This document shows positions 9,826 to 21,137 of a stretch of DNA of 40,398 nt, one piece after another. The DNA lies in contig JAYUUO010000113.1 in assembly GCA_043754515.1 (NCBI GenBank), positions 1 to 40,398 of the forward strand. The letters run 5' to 3'. The translations under genes were made by a program, and so were the position numbers. The DNA comes from Armatimonadota bacterium. GTDB taxonomy: Bacteria > Armatimonadota > Armatimonadia > Armatimonadales > Armatimonadaceae. The notes beneath the pieces are model-generated. The model worked only from the letters and a program-made list of their open reading frames with translations, did no database searches and was not told where the DNA came from. Every line of letters starts with the position of its first letter. Position 1 is the first letter of the stretch.

Positions 9826-9987
9826 GAGAATTGTTAAGGAGCGGTGGCGTGGCGGATGGTTCCGGGTTGAGCCGGTTCAGCCGCCATCCCACCGCTCCTT
9901 CCGCGTCGTAAGTGCCCCGGCACGGACTCCATCCCCCGCCGTGTTATACTGCGTTGTGCTGACTTCGTTCAAGGATCGTCCCGCCAC

Positions 9988-11718
9988 GTGACCCCCATTC
10001 TTCTTATCGCTCCCATGCTCTGGGTGTGTCAGGCACTGCCCCTCCTTGATAAACCCAAAGCCGCCGAGCTACTCCCGCCGTTTGCGCTACATTTCCAGTA
10101 CGCCCGTGTGCGGATGTTCGGGATGTTGGGTGTCGGAACACTTACCAGCGCGGTGCTCGACGGGGACGCGCGGCTACTCTGGGGCGACTTATCGCTCCGC
10201 GCCGATCACATAGTGTGTGACCGTGAGAAGGGTGTCATCGAAGGTAGCGGGAACGTCGTACTGGTGCGCGGCGACGAAACCGTGCGCGGCTCCGCGATCA
10301 CCATCTTTCTCGCTACTGGCGACTTCGTCGTGCAGAAAGGTACGGTGATCTCGCTTCCGTATCGGATCTACGGCGAGCGGGTCGAGCAGGTTCGGGGGGT
10401 GCTTACGGCGACGCGCGGCGTGCTCACGCCCGACCCTGAAGGTAAAGGCGAACTGCGCCTCTTCGCCCGCAAGATCGAGTTCGTCGAGGGCAGGTACACG
10501 GAACTGACCGATGTGCGCATCTATCTGTATGGCAAGCGCATCCTGACGCTGAAGCACTACCGCCTCGACCAGCAGGCCATCGGGAAAGAGCGGGCGGCGG
10601 TTCCCCGGCTACCTATCGAGTTCAAAATCAGCCGGATCAGCGGGTTCGCGATCGGTCTCGACAACACGTGGACGCTGATTCGCAACGGAACCGGGACCGC
10701 GCGGGTTTATCTGCCGACCAAGAACGGCCCCCAGTATCTACTGAGCGCGGACTACAATCTGCTCGGCGGGGCGGGCAACGCGCCGCCGTTCCTGCGTCGG
10801 CGCGGGCGCGACTCGCTGTTTAATCAGGCACTAGAAGGCAACGATGCCAGTTCCGCAGCGACGCCCGCTGTTTCGCCGCTCCGACATCTGCTGACCATGC
10901 GCCCCTCGCCGGGGCCGGACCCGGTGCTGGACTTCCAGCCGCTACTCGAAACGTCGGACACAGTGGGTGACCCGCTGAACCAATCGCCGCGCTACGCCGC
11001 GCTATCGGCGACGCTTTCCGGCAAGGAGGAGATAGGGGTCAAGCGGCAAGGGAACCTGCTCCTCGCCCGGCGCCCGGAAATCCGCGTCATCAGCACGCTC
11101 CCCCTGAACGCGACCAACCCGAACAACGGCGAGGAGTTCGAGACGAACGACGCGCTACGTCACTACCTGCGCTCCCCACGTCTCGCGCTGAACACGGATC
11201 TGTCTTCCGGCACGTATCACGAGGATCGCCTGACCGTGAGCGGCGACCAGAACGTGCCTGACGGCGTGAACGAGCGGCGGACCGGGGGGCAAGTCGGCGT
11301 CAATCTTCTCCCGCTCCTGCTTGGGAGTCACATCCTCTTCCAGGGACACGTCTCGTACCGGCAGTTCCAGTACAGCGACAGTAGCACCTACCGCGTCCCC
11401 GAAGTCGGTGCCGCCGCGTCGTACATTTTAGATCGGCGTACCTGGTTCGGCGCGGCACTGTACCGGCGCGAGCCGAGCGGTGACACGCCGTTCTTTTTCG
11501 ACCAGATAGACACCCGGAGCGAGGCGCAGGCAATCGCGCAGGGGCGGGTCACGAGCCGCGTCACCGTCGCGGCACTCGCGCGCTACGACTTGGACCAGTC
11601 GCGGCTCTTCGATTATGGGGTGATGGTGGGGGTGCGCGGCACGAGCCTGGAGCCGCGCGTCGGCTACCGGAAACTGGGGAGCCAGTTCACGTTCGGGTTT
11701 TCGCTGGTCGGGCTGTGA
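9988..11718 (+). CDS. LptD/OstA-like outer-membrane protein
   Basis: Signal-like N-terminus, OstA-like beta-jellyroll ('ADHIVCDREKGVIEGSGNVVLVRGDETVRG') and amphipathic beta-strands at the C-terminus. Confidence 0.6.
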   Translation: MTPILLIAPMLWVCQALPLLDKPKAAELLPPFALHFQYARVRMFGMLGVGTLTSAVLDGDARLLWGDLSLRADHIVCDREKGVIEGSGNVVLVRGDETVRGSAITIFLATGDFVVQKGTVISLPYRIYGERVEQVRGVLTATRGVLTPDPEGKGELRLFARKIEFVEGRYTELTDVRIYLYGKRILTLKHYRLDQQAIGKERAAVPRLPIEFKISRISGFAIGLDNTWTLIRNGTGTARVYLPTKNGPQYLLSADYNLLGGAGNAPPFLRRRGRDSLFNQALEGNDASSAATPAVSPLRHLLTMRPSPGPDPVLDFQPLLETSDTVGDPLNQSPRYAALSATLSGKEEIGVKRQGNLLLARRPEIRVISTLPLNATNPNNGEEFETNDALRHYLRSPRLALNTDLSSGTYHEDRLTVSGDQNVPDGVNERRTGGQVGVNLLPLLLGSHILFQGHVSYRQFQYSDSSTYRVPEVGAAASYILDRRTWFGAALYRREPSGDTPFFFDQIDTRSEAQAIAQGRVTSRVTVAALARYDLDQSRLFDYGVMVGVRGTSLEPRVGYRKLGSQFTFGFSLVGL

Positions 11719-11769
11719 GAAACATGTCGCGCATTGCTTGTATGACGCATTTCTCTCAACCTTCTGTCT

Positions 11770-12285
11770 CTATCCTGCATCTGCTGGCCATATGCTGATT
11801 CGATCTTCAGACTGTTCTACTCCGACACTTCTCAAAATTTTGCACCAATTATCCTCATCACCTCTAAACAGACATGAATAGTTGGCACCCAAAAGGTGAT
11901 CGGATATAAAACTCTCGACCTTTGCGACGGGTAATCTACTACCCTCCTCCTCATAATCACATAGAAAAACTTCGGAAGTTTTCAAGTTGACAACGAGCGG
12001 AACATAGATAGCCTGGCCGAAACAGTATAAGTTCGGATCATGCAGATCCTGGATGAGGAATTGGTTACCCGCTAACTCTTCCGATCTCCCTATGTCAACG
12101 ACGCCACACCTCGGGCCATCAGTCGCATTGTATAGTTGAACGAGTGGGTCGGGGAGAAATGTCAGGGAAACCCCAGTGACTGTTTTGCCAGGCGGTAAAC
12201 TACCTGCAAGTATGCCATTTTTACTCAAAGATAGCACACTTCGGATGCGCTCAACTCGGGAGCGAATGTTCAATTCGTCGGCCAT
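11770..12285 (-). CDS. SUKH (SMI1/KNR4-like) putative immunity protein
   Basis: 'LPDPLVQLYNATDG...LYCFGQ..VPLVVNLKTSEV' follows the SUKH pattern. AGGAG SD before ATG 12285; low GC. Confidence 0.6.
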   Translation of the reverse strand: MADELNIRSRVERIRSVLSLSKNGILAGSLPPGKTVTGVSLTFLPDPLVQLYNATDGPRCGVVDIGRSEELAGNQFLIQDLHDPNLYCFGQAIYVPLVVNLKTSEVFLCDYEEEGSRLPVAKVESFISDHLLGANYSCLFRGDEDNWCKILRSVGVEQSEDRISIWPADAG

Positions 12286-12380
12286 TGTTTCTCCTAGGCG
12301 GCACTCAGGTTGCGTGCCATATGTAAGGATCGCCCACTGATCGCCTCGAACCAGAATTGCCACTCCGTGAAGGCGGCACC

Positions 12381-12968
12381 CTACACGATTAGGGAGAGAA
12401 ACTCACTGAAGGAGGGTGATACTCTGTAAACATTCCAGAACATCACTTCGTGGGGAATCAGATCATCGGTAGCGAAATCTTCCCACTCGATTTCCAAATC
12501 CTCATCCCACAAGAAAATTTTCCCAAGCTCTTCCCCCCCAACCCCGAGGCAAATCTGGTCGCCTTGCGCTGTGCTACCGATGGGCAACAGAGTCGGTGGC
12601 ATCCGCTCGGAATAGTACTCCCTGTACCCCAGAACGCCAGTGAGATGTTCGCCAGGCATTCCATAGAAGACGCACACGTCTTGTTTGCCGTCGTCCCTTT
12701 TACTCATCCACGAGAGGTCTGACTTTAGACTCTCGGTCGGGGGTATATAAACTTCTAGCTCGAATAACTTTTTCCGGGTGGGCACACAGCAACCAAAACT
12801 TTGGATGAAACGCTTGTAATCAACAGGCAGATTAAAGTCACCTTCTTTCTCTATTTCTTCAAGGGTCGCCTGCGTCACGGGTATGAACTCTGTTGCGGGT
12901 ATGAACTCAGAGTCTTTTAGAGGCGTTAAGTATTGCCGCACCCAATCTATGTCGAGTTTGTCACCCAC
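12381..12968 (-). CDS. SMI1/KNR4-family immunity protein
   Basis: 'LEEIEKEGDFNLPVDYKRFI', 'LLPIGSTAQGDQICL', 'GKIFLWDED', 'VSPSFSEFL'; low GC. Confidence 0.88.
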   Translation of the reverse strand: MGDKLDIDWVRQYLTPLKDSEFIPATEFIPVTQATLEEIEKEGDFNLPVDYKRFIQSFGCCVPTRKKLFELEVYIPPTESLKSDLSWMSKRDDGKQDVCVFYGMPGEHLTGVLGYREYYSERMPPTLLPIGSTAQGDQICLGVGGEELGKIFLWDEDLEIEWEDFATDDLIPHEVMFWNVYRVSPSFSEFLSLIV

Positions 12969-12984
12969 TTTAATAATTCCTCTC

Positions 12985-13140
12985 TATACGATTCGCGCCG
13001 GGCTTGTGTAGCGAACTGCTGGCCGCGTAGTCGGGAGGCGCGGGGACTTGCTGGCGAACGAGATCAGCTCCACATCTACCGCGAGCCCGACCCGAAGGGT
13101 CTACAGCCGAAGGCTTCCACCGGTGCGATTCATCGCCCGC
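12985..13140 (-). mobile_element. Second, diverged and one-arm-truncated copy of the structured inverted-repeat element at 20829-21059, in reverse orientation
   Basis: 13082-13140 matches the reverse complement of 20847-20905 at 48/59, ungapped. 12985-13006 matches 20884-20905 at 19/22. The reverse complement of spacer 13007-13081 aligns ungapped with spacer 20906-20982 at about 42/75 (hand counts). Confidence 0.75.
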
Positions 13141-13301
13141 TCATTTCCCGGCGCGAGCCGCCGTCGTCCCCCGTTTTGCCTGCCTAGTTTTGCCGAAGAC
13201 GTGCGGCGTGAGAGGCACACCCCGTGCGACGCTCCAACGCAGCCGCGCCTCCCGCTCCCTCCATCGGTCGCACCAGGAATCTCCAACACGTGCCCTCCCA
13301 C

Positions 13302-13889
13302 TCACCCCCCGGGGGCTTCCTCGCCGTCGTCATCCTCCCATTGTATCGAAGCGATCTGCTCGGCGGAGAAAGGTAGTTGGTCTGCCACTTCACGTGAGAC
13401 TCGGCAACCGGAAAGGTCCGCGCCGAAAAAAGTGCAATCGCGGAGTTCCGAGCCGCGGAGATCCGCGCCCGTCAAATCGGCGTGGTCGAAACGACAACGC
13501 AGGAACAGCGACGCGCGTAAGTCCGCGCCCGTCAGGTCGCTGTGGCGGAAGGAACAGTCCACGAAGTCATTCCAGCAGAACCGCGACTCGTGGAAGTCTG
13601 TGTTCGTGAAGTTCGCCCACTCGAAGCGGGACCGCCCGAAGTAGGAACGCGGCAGGGTAAACCCCGCCATGTTCAGGTATTCGTAGCCGCTTTTGTGGAT
13701 AGAGAAGCATACATCGTCGTCGAGGGGCTGAGGCATCTGATGATGCACGAGAGGGGAACCCGCGCCATCGCGCGGAAGGTCATAGTCGCCCTCGAGTTCC
13801 GCCCACGTCTCCTCCAGCGGAAGACGAACGGGCCTCTCGTACTCTTCCCAACGCCCCGGCTCATCCTCGCTACGTCCCGACAGTGCCAT
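13302..13889 (-). CDS. Pentapeptide-repeat protein
   Basis: Tandem A(D/N)LxG-type pentapeptides (ANFTN TDFHE SRFCW ... SDLTG ADLRA ... ADLTG ADLRG). Starts 5 nt after the ftsK stop. Confidence 0.85.
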   Translation of the reverse strand: MALSGRSEDEPGRWEEYERPVRLPLEETWAELEGDYDLPRDGAGSPLVHHQMPQPLDDDVCFSIHKSGYEYLNMAGFTLPRSYFGRSRFEWANFTNTDFHESRFCWNDFVDCSFRHSDLTGADLRASLFLRCRFDHADLTGADLRGSELRDCTFFGADLSGCRVSREVADQLPFSAEQIASIQWEDDDGEEAPGG

Positions 13890-13894
13890 ACAAT

Positions 13895-16402
13895 CTACCC
13901 CTCGCCGTCGTCGAAGGGCAGGCCGATCTGCGGCTTCGGCGCGCCGCCGAACATCGCGTCTACTTCGGCGCGGCTCATCAGGATGTCGCGCGGCTTCGCC
14001 CCGTCCAGCGGCCCCACGATCCCGCGCTCCTGCATCATGTCCACGAGCCGCGCCGCCCGCGTGTAGCCGACCTTGAACCGGCGTTGCAACATTGAGGTCG
14101 AAGCCTGGCCATTCGTCACTACCAGCTTCACCGCCGGCTCGAACAGCTCGTCGTCCGAGTCCGTCACACCCACGCTGTCGTCTTCCTCCTCCAGATTCGC
14201 GAGCGTGGACGGGAGCACGTCGAAGCGCGGGGTGCCCTGCGCCTTCAGGTGGTTCACCAACGCCTCGGTTTCCGCCTCGGAAACGAAACAGCCCTGGATG
14301 CGCATCGGCTTCGGCGCGTCCATCGGCATGAACAGCATGTCGCCGCGCCCGATCAGGCGGTCGGCTCCGGTGCTGTCTAAAATCGTGCGCGAGTCAACCG
14401 CCGAGTTGACCGCAAACGCGATCCGGGACGAGATGTTCGCCTTGATCAGCCCCGTGATAACGTTCACCGAGGGCCGTTGCGTCGCGATAACCAGGTGAAT
14501 GCCGGTCGCGCGGGACAGTTGCGCGAGGCGGCAGATAGCCTGCTCGATCTCCGGCCCGCTCTGCATCATCAGGTCGGCGAGTTCGTCCACGATGAGCACC
14601 CAGTACGGCAGTTTTTCCTCGTCGCACGTCGCTTTTGCGTTGAACCCCTCAATGTTCCGCGTCCCGGCTTTGGCGAACTTGTCGTAGCGGGTCTCCATCT
14701 CGCGCAGAGCTTGCTTGAAGATGGACGGTGCCTGTTTGACGTTCGTGATGACCGGCGCGGCGAGGTGCGGGATGCCCTCGTAGAGCGACAACTCGACCTT
14801 CTTCGGGTCAATCATCAGCAGTTTCAGGTCGTTCGGCGTACACCGGTACAGGAGCGAGCAGATCAGCGTGTTCAAGCCGACCGATTTACCGGAGCCGGTA
14901 GACCCGCCGATCAGCAGGTGGGGCATCTTGGCGAGGTCGGCGTAGCGGCACACCCCGGTGACATCCTTGCCCAGCGCGAACGTCAGCTTGCCCGGCGCGT
15001 TCTTGAACTCGGGCCGCTCGATCACCTCGCGGAGCGTGACCGCCTGACGTATCTTGTTCGGCACCTCAATCCCGATGGCGGACTTGCCGGGGATGGGTGC
15101 CTCAATGCGGACATCCATCGCGGCGAGCGACATCGCCAGGTTATCGGCGAGCGAGACGATCTTCGAGACCTTGATGCCGCGCTCCAGCGAGACTTCGTAG
15201 CGCGTGATGACCGGGCCTTGCGCGACTTCAGTGATGTCCGCGCCGATTCCGAAGTCTTCCAGCGTTTGCAGGAGCGTCTCGCGCTTCTCGATGGCGTCGG
15301 CTTCATCCTGCGCGGCGGCGGGTTCGCCGGGACTGAGCAGATCGAGCGACGGGAGCACGAACGGCGTGCCGTTCTCCTCCGCGCCCGGTCGTGCCCGGAT
15401 CACCACTGCGGGGATCGGGGCGGGAGGCACGCCCTCGTCGCCGCCGCTATCCGACGTCCCCATCACCTTGCGGGCGAGTGAGGACGGCGCGGTTTTGTGC
15501 GCCAGTACGTCCACGGTCCGACCCGGCGGCAGAGGCGCGTTATCCGCACCCTCGTTGATATTCGGCTCGGGGGTGCGGCGGCGGAAGATCGTCGGGGTGG
15601 ACGCGGCCTGTGTTTCGAGCAGGGTCGGGGACGCGGGGCGGAACACGCGGGGGGCGTCCGGCAGGGCGTTCTTGCGCTGTGCGTCCCGCTCCGTCTCGCG
15701 CTCCAGCAGTTCGGCCTCGCGCGCGGCACGGGACTCCTCGGCGTGGGCGCGTATCTCCTCGGCGGCCTGCCGCGCGGCCTCGCTCAGTGATTCGCGCCCC
15801 CGACCGAGAAGCCGCTCGATAGGCCCCGCGATCACCGGGAACGGGATGTCAAAGAGGTAGATCATACCCCCTAGCGTTAGCGCGAAGAGCGTGATGTGCC
15901 CGCCGATGGTACCGACCGCCTTGCGCAAAAGCCAGGACAGACACGCCCCGACGTAGCCGCCATAGACAGTGACGTTGTCAAGCGCAAACTGTCCGGCGAG
16001 TGGGACGTGTCCTAGATGCCACCAGGTCACGGACACCAGGAACAACAGGATCAGCCCGGCAGCGTTGTCCCACGAGCGCGACTTGCCGAGCGCGAGCATC
16101 GCCCCGGTGACGATCAGCACGAAGGGGAATAGCCACACCCCCTGTCCGACGAGAAGGCGCATCCCGTGTACCGTCGCCCGCCCGAAGACGTTCTCGCCGC
16201 CCGTGTTCGGGATCAGAAGGGTCGCGAGGAGCACCAGCCCGACTGCGACGAGGGCGATCCCGGCGATGTCGTAGAAGAGGCGGGTGTTGGAGCGGGTCGC
16301 CTTGATGCGGCGCGGGGCGGGCGCGGGCCCGTCCGACTCGGAGCCGGGGGCGGGGCGTGGCCTACGCGGGGAATCGGCGCGGGGTCGGGATGCGGTTGCC
16401 AT
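13895..16402 (-). CDS. ftsK: DNA translocase FtsK/SpoIIIE
   Basis: N-terminal TM region, 'RIEAPIPGKSAIGIEVPN', Walker A 'GGSTGSGKS', 'IDPKKVEL', 'VDELADLMM', 'ATQRPSVNVITG', and gamma domain 'STSMLQRRFKVGYTRAARLVD'. Start ATG 16402 inferred. Confidence 0.96.
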   Translation of the reverse strand: MATASRPRADSPRRPRPAPGSESDGPAPAPRRIKATRSNTRLFYDIAGIALVAVGLVLLATLLIPNTGGENVFGRATVHGMRLLVGQGVWLFPFVLIVTGAMLALGKSRSWDNAAGLILLFLVSVTWWHLGHVPLAGQFALDNVTVYGGYVGACLSWLLRKAVGTIGGHITLFALTLGGMIYLFDIPFPVIAGPIERLLGRGRESLSEAARQAAEEIRAHAEESRAAREAELLERETERDAQRKNALPDAPRVFRPASPTLLETQAASTPTIFRRRTPEPNINEGADNAPLPPGRTVDVLAHKTAPSSLARKVMGTSDSGGDEGVPPAPIPAVVIRARPGAEENGTPFVLPSLDLLSPGEPAAAQDEADAIEKRETLLQTLEDFGIGADITEVAQGPVITRYEVSLERGIKVSKIVSLADNLAMSLAAMDVRIEAPIPGKSAIGIEVPNKIRQAVTLREVIERPEFKNAPGKLTFALGKDVTGVCRYADLAKMPHLLIGGSTGSGKSVGLNTLICSLLYRCTPNDLKLLMIDPKKVELSLYEGIPHLAAPVITNVKQAPSIFKQALREMETRYDKFAKAGTRNIEGFNAKATCDEEKLPYWVLIVDELADLMMQSGPEIEQAICRLAQLSRATGIHLVIATQRPSVNVITGLIKANISSRIAFAVNSAVDSRTILDSTGADRLIGRGDMLFMPMDAPKPMRIQGCFVSEAETEALVNHLKAQGTPRFDVLPSTLANLEEEDDSVGVTDSDDELFEPAVKLVVTNGQASTSMLQRRFKVGYTRAARLVDMMQERGIVGPLDGAKPRDILMSRAEVDAMFGGAPKPQIGLPFDDGEG

Positions 16403-16768
16403 GGGTTTGGGTTCGATCGCGGGCGGAAACGGCGGAACGCACCGGGAGTAACCGCGCACCGCTGTTAATAGACTGGATTATACGACGAAAGTTACACAGG
16501 GGGCAAGGCGTTGAATGGAGTGGTGGGGGTGGACGCGGTGGATGAGGCGTCACCGCGCGGACGTGTCTCCACGCGCTGCGTGGCCACGCGGATTGACTCC
16601 GATCTTTAGGCAAGAACTACCGAATCGCAACCTGCCGCAGATTCAACCATGCTGGCATTGGCACTACCAAGCCTACGGCTTTGAGCGACTTCTGGTAGAG
16701 TGGTCCCATAGTAGCCTTTCTTGTCCACATTGCCACGATACAGAATTGTTCTTTTGCCAGCAATCACC

Positions 16769-17593
16769 ATGTCTGTTACAAACCGTTATTCTAGAATCTG
16801 TTGTCGTTGCCTCTGCCATCTGTTGATTTTCTGGCTTTGTGGTTCAGGCTGTCATCATCAGAACCACTTCCCGCCAGCAGATAACGGCGTCACATTCTGG
16901 GAGGTGCGTAAGGGGAACGTAATTTCCGTGATGTACGAGATGCACAATGTGAGCGAGGCTACCGTCACTATCAGTGGTAACCTGCGAAATATGAACTCCT
17001 CCGTCCCTTTGCCGTGTACTGTCCCGATTTCCCAGAGGCAAGGAATAGTAGTAATATTTACCCCAAAAGACTCGTGGCGGCTCTGGCACTACTCGTGGAG
17101 GTACAACTGGAAGGTTGGTCAACACGCATGGATAAAGCCGGGACACTATCTATACTCGCTACCATTCCAGGGGAAATTTCCTGTCATCCAGGGGCCTCTG
17201 GGCACGTATAGCCATGGACCGGGATCACAGGATGAGGAAGCATTCGACTTTGGAATGCCGGTAGGCACTCCGATCTGCGCCGCACGCGATGGGGTTGTGA
17301 TCGCGTTCCGCTCCGATATGAACGGAGGCGGGACTGACCTACGATGGCAAAACAAATCCAACTATATCGTGATCAAGCACGACGATGGAACGTATGCCGA
17401 GTACCAGCATCTGCGTCGTAATGGCGTGCTCGTTGGACTCGGCGAGACTGTCACGAGAGGGCAGGTGATTGGGTTTTCGGGAGCCACGGGACATGTGTCG
17501 GGACCACATTTGCATTTCGATGTTTTCCACACGCTGAACGGCTTCACCCGCGAAACTCTGCCGATCACTTTTCGCGCTGATCCCCATCAATGA
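16769..17593 (+). CDS. M23-family metallopeptidase, possibly a lipoprotein
   Basis: HxxxD-type 'SHG...AFDFGMPVGTPICAARDG', 'YAEYQHL', and HxH in 'SGATGHVSGPHLHF'. Start uncertain (16721 or 16769). Confidence 0.85.
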   Translation: MSVTNRYSRICCRCLCHLLIFWLCGSGCHHQNHFPPADNGVTFWEVRKGNVISVMYEMHNVSEATVTISGNLRNMNSSVPLPCTVPISQRQGIVVIFTPKDSWRLWHYSWRYNWKVGQHAWIKPGHYLYSLPFQGKFPVIQGPLGTYSHGPGSQDEEAFDFGMPVGTPICAARDGVVIAFRSDMNGGGTDLRWQNKSNYIVIKHDDGTYAEYQHLRRNGVLVGLGETVTRGQVIGFSGATGHVSGPHLHFDVFHTLNGFTRETLPITFRADPHQ

Positions 17594-17784
17594 TTTATGC
17601 TCAAAATCGTGTAAGTGCGAATCAATTCTCATTGCTACGAATGAACGAGCTAGGGACGAATTGCCGACCGTATGGGAATAACGAAGCCTACAGATGCGCG
17701 GTCGAAGATCCGAGCACGAAGCAACCCCAGCCTGATCCCCACCGAGTCACTAACCCGTGATACAGCATGGCGAACCTCAAAAGC

Positions 17785-17818
17785 GAAGGGGGAACTTCTA
17801 ACCAGAAGTTCCCCCTTC
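17785..17818 (-). terminator. Intrinsic terminator downstream of katG, probably bidirectional
   Basis: 15-bp perfect stem GAAGGGGGAACTTCT-aacc-AGAAGTTCCCCCTTC, followed by GCTTTT on the minus strand. Confidence 0.85.
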
Positions 17819-17873
17819 TCAAACCGATCCCAGTAAAGGATCAGAGTAGCCCCGCAGTTAGATCACAGCCAGG

Positions 17874-20748
<2,875 letters not shown>

Positions 20749-20785
20749 AATGCCATGATTACACCTAATCTGGACTTTGTCAAGA
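20749..20785 (-). promoter_or_regulatory. Putative furA-katG promoter with an overlapping 7-3-7 inverted-repeat operator
   Basis: Minus strand TTGACA-17 bp-AATCAT-6 nt-GTG. The inverted repeat TCTTGAC-AAA-GTCCAGA (20769-20785) covers the -35. Confidence 0.6.
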
Positions 20786-20828
20786 AAAAGACTGTGTCAT
20801 GCTCGGACGTGGGTTAGGGACGGGCGCA

Positions 20829-21059
20829 GGTCGTGCGGCGCGGGGCGCGGACAATGAATTGTTCCGCTGGAAGCCGCCGGCTGTAGACGCTTCGCGTCGG
20901 GCTTGCCGGGCAAGTAGGGATGGTCCCGTTCGCTGGGGCACCTCGAAACGCTCTGACCGCGCGGCAAGCCGTTCTCGACTAACAAGCGCGACGCGAAGCG
21001 TCTACAGCCGGCGGCTTCCAGCGGAACAATTCATTGTCCGCGCCCCGCGCCGCACGACC
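20829..21059. mobile_element. Non-coding inverted-repeat element (MITE/REPIN-like): 77-bp arm, 77-bp spacer, 77-bp arm
   Basis: 20829-20905 and 20983-21059 are reverse complements with 1 mismatch. Each arm holds three small hairpins. Confidence 0.85.
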
Positions 21060-21137
21060 CCGCCGACCCCGCCGCCCCGCGACGCCGCCCCGCATGAGAG
21101 GAACCCCGCGCACCGTTCTGGCGTTGAACACCCCGTC

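Noticed and set aside
11720..13140. Integron cassette array
   Set aside because: No integrase in the window, and I could not find RYYYAAC...GTTRRRY attC boxes around the SMI1 genes.
17594..17780. Possible HTH remnant ('RIADRMGITKPT') downstream of the M23 gene
   Set aside because: Too short, with no start or context, to support a call.
20799..21137. 113-aa N-terminal extension of the photolyase in the ORF track
   Set aside because: It is low-complexity read-through of the inverted-repeat element. The family N-terminus (LLLVLGDQL) starts just after ATG 21138.
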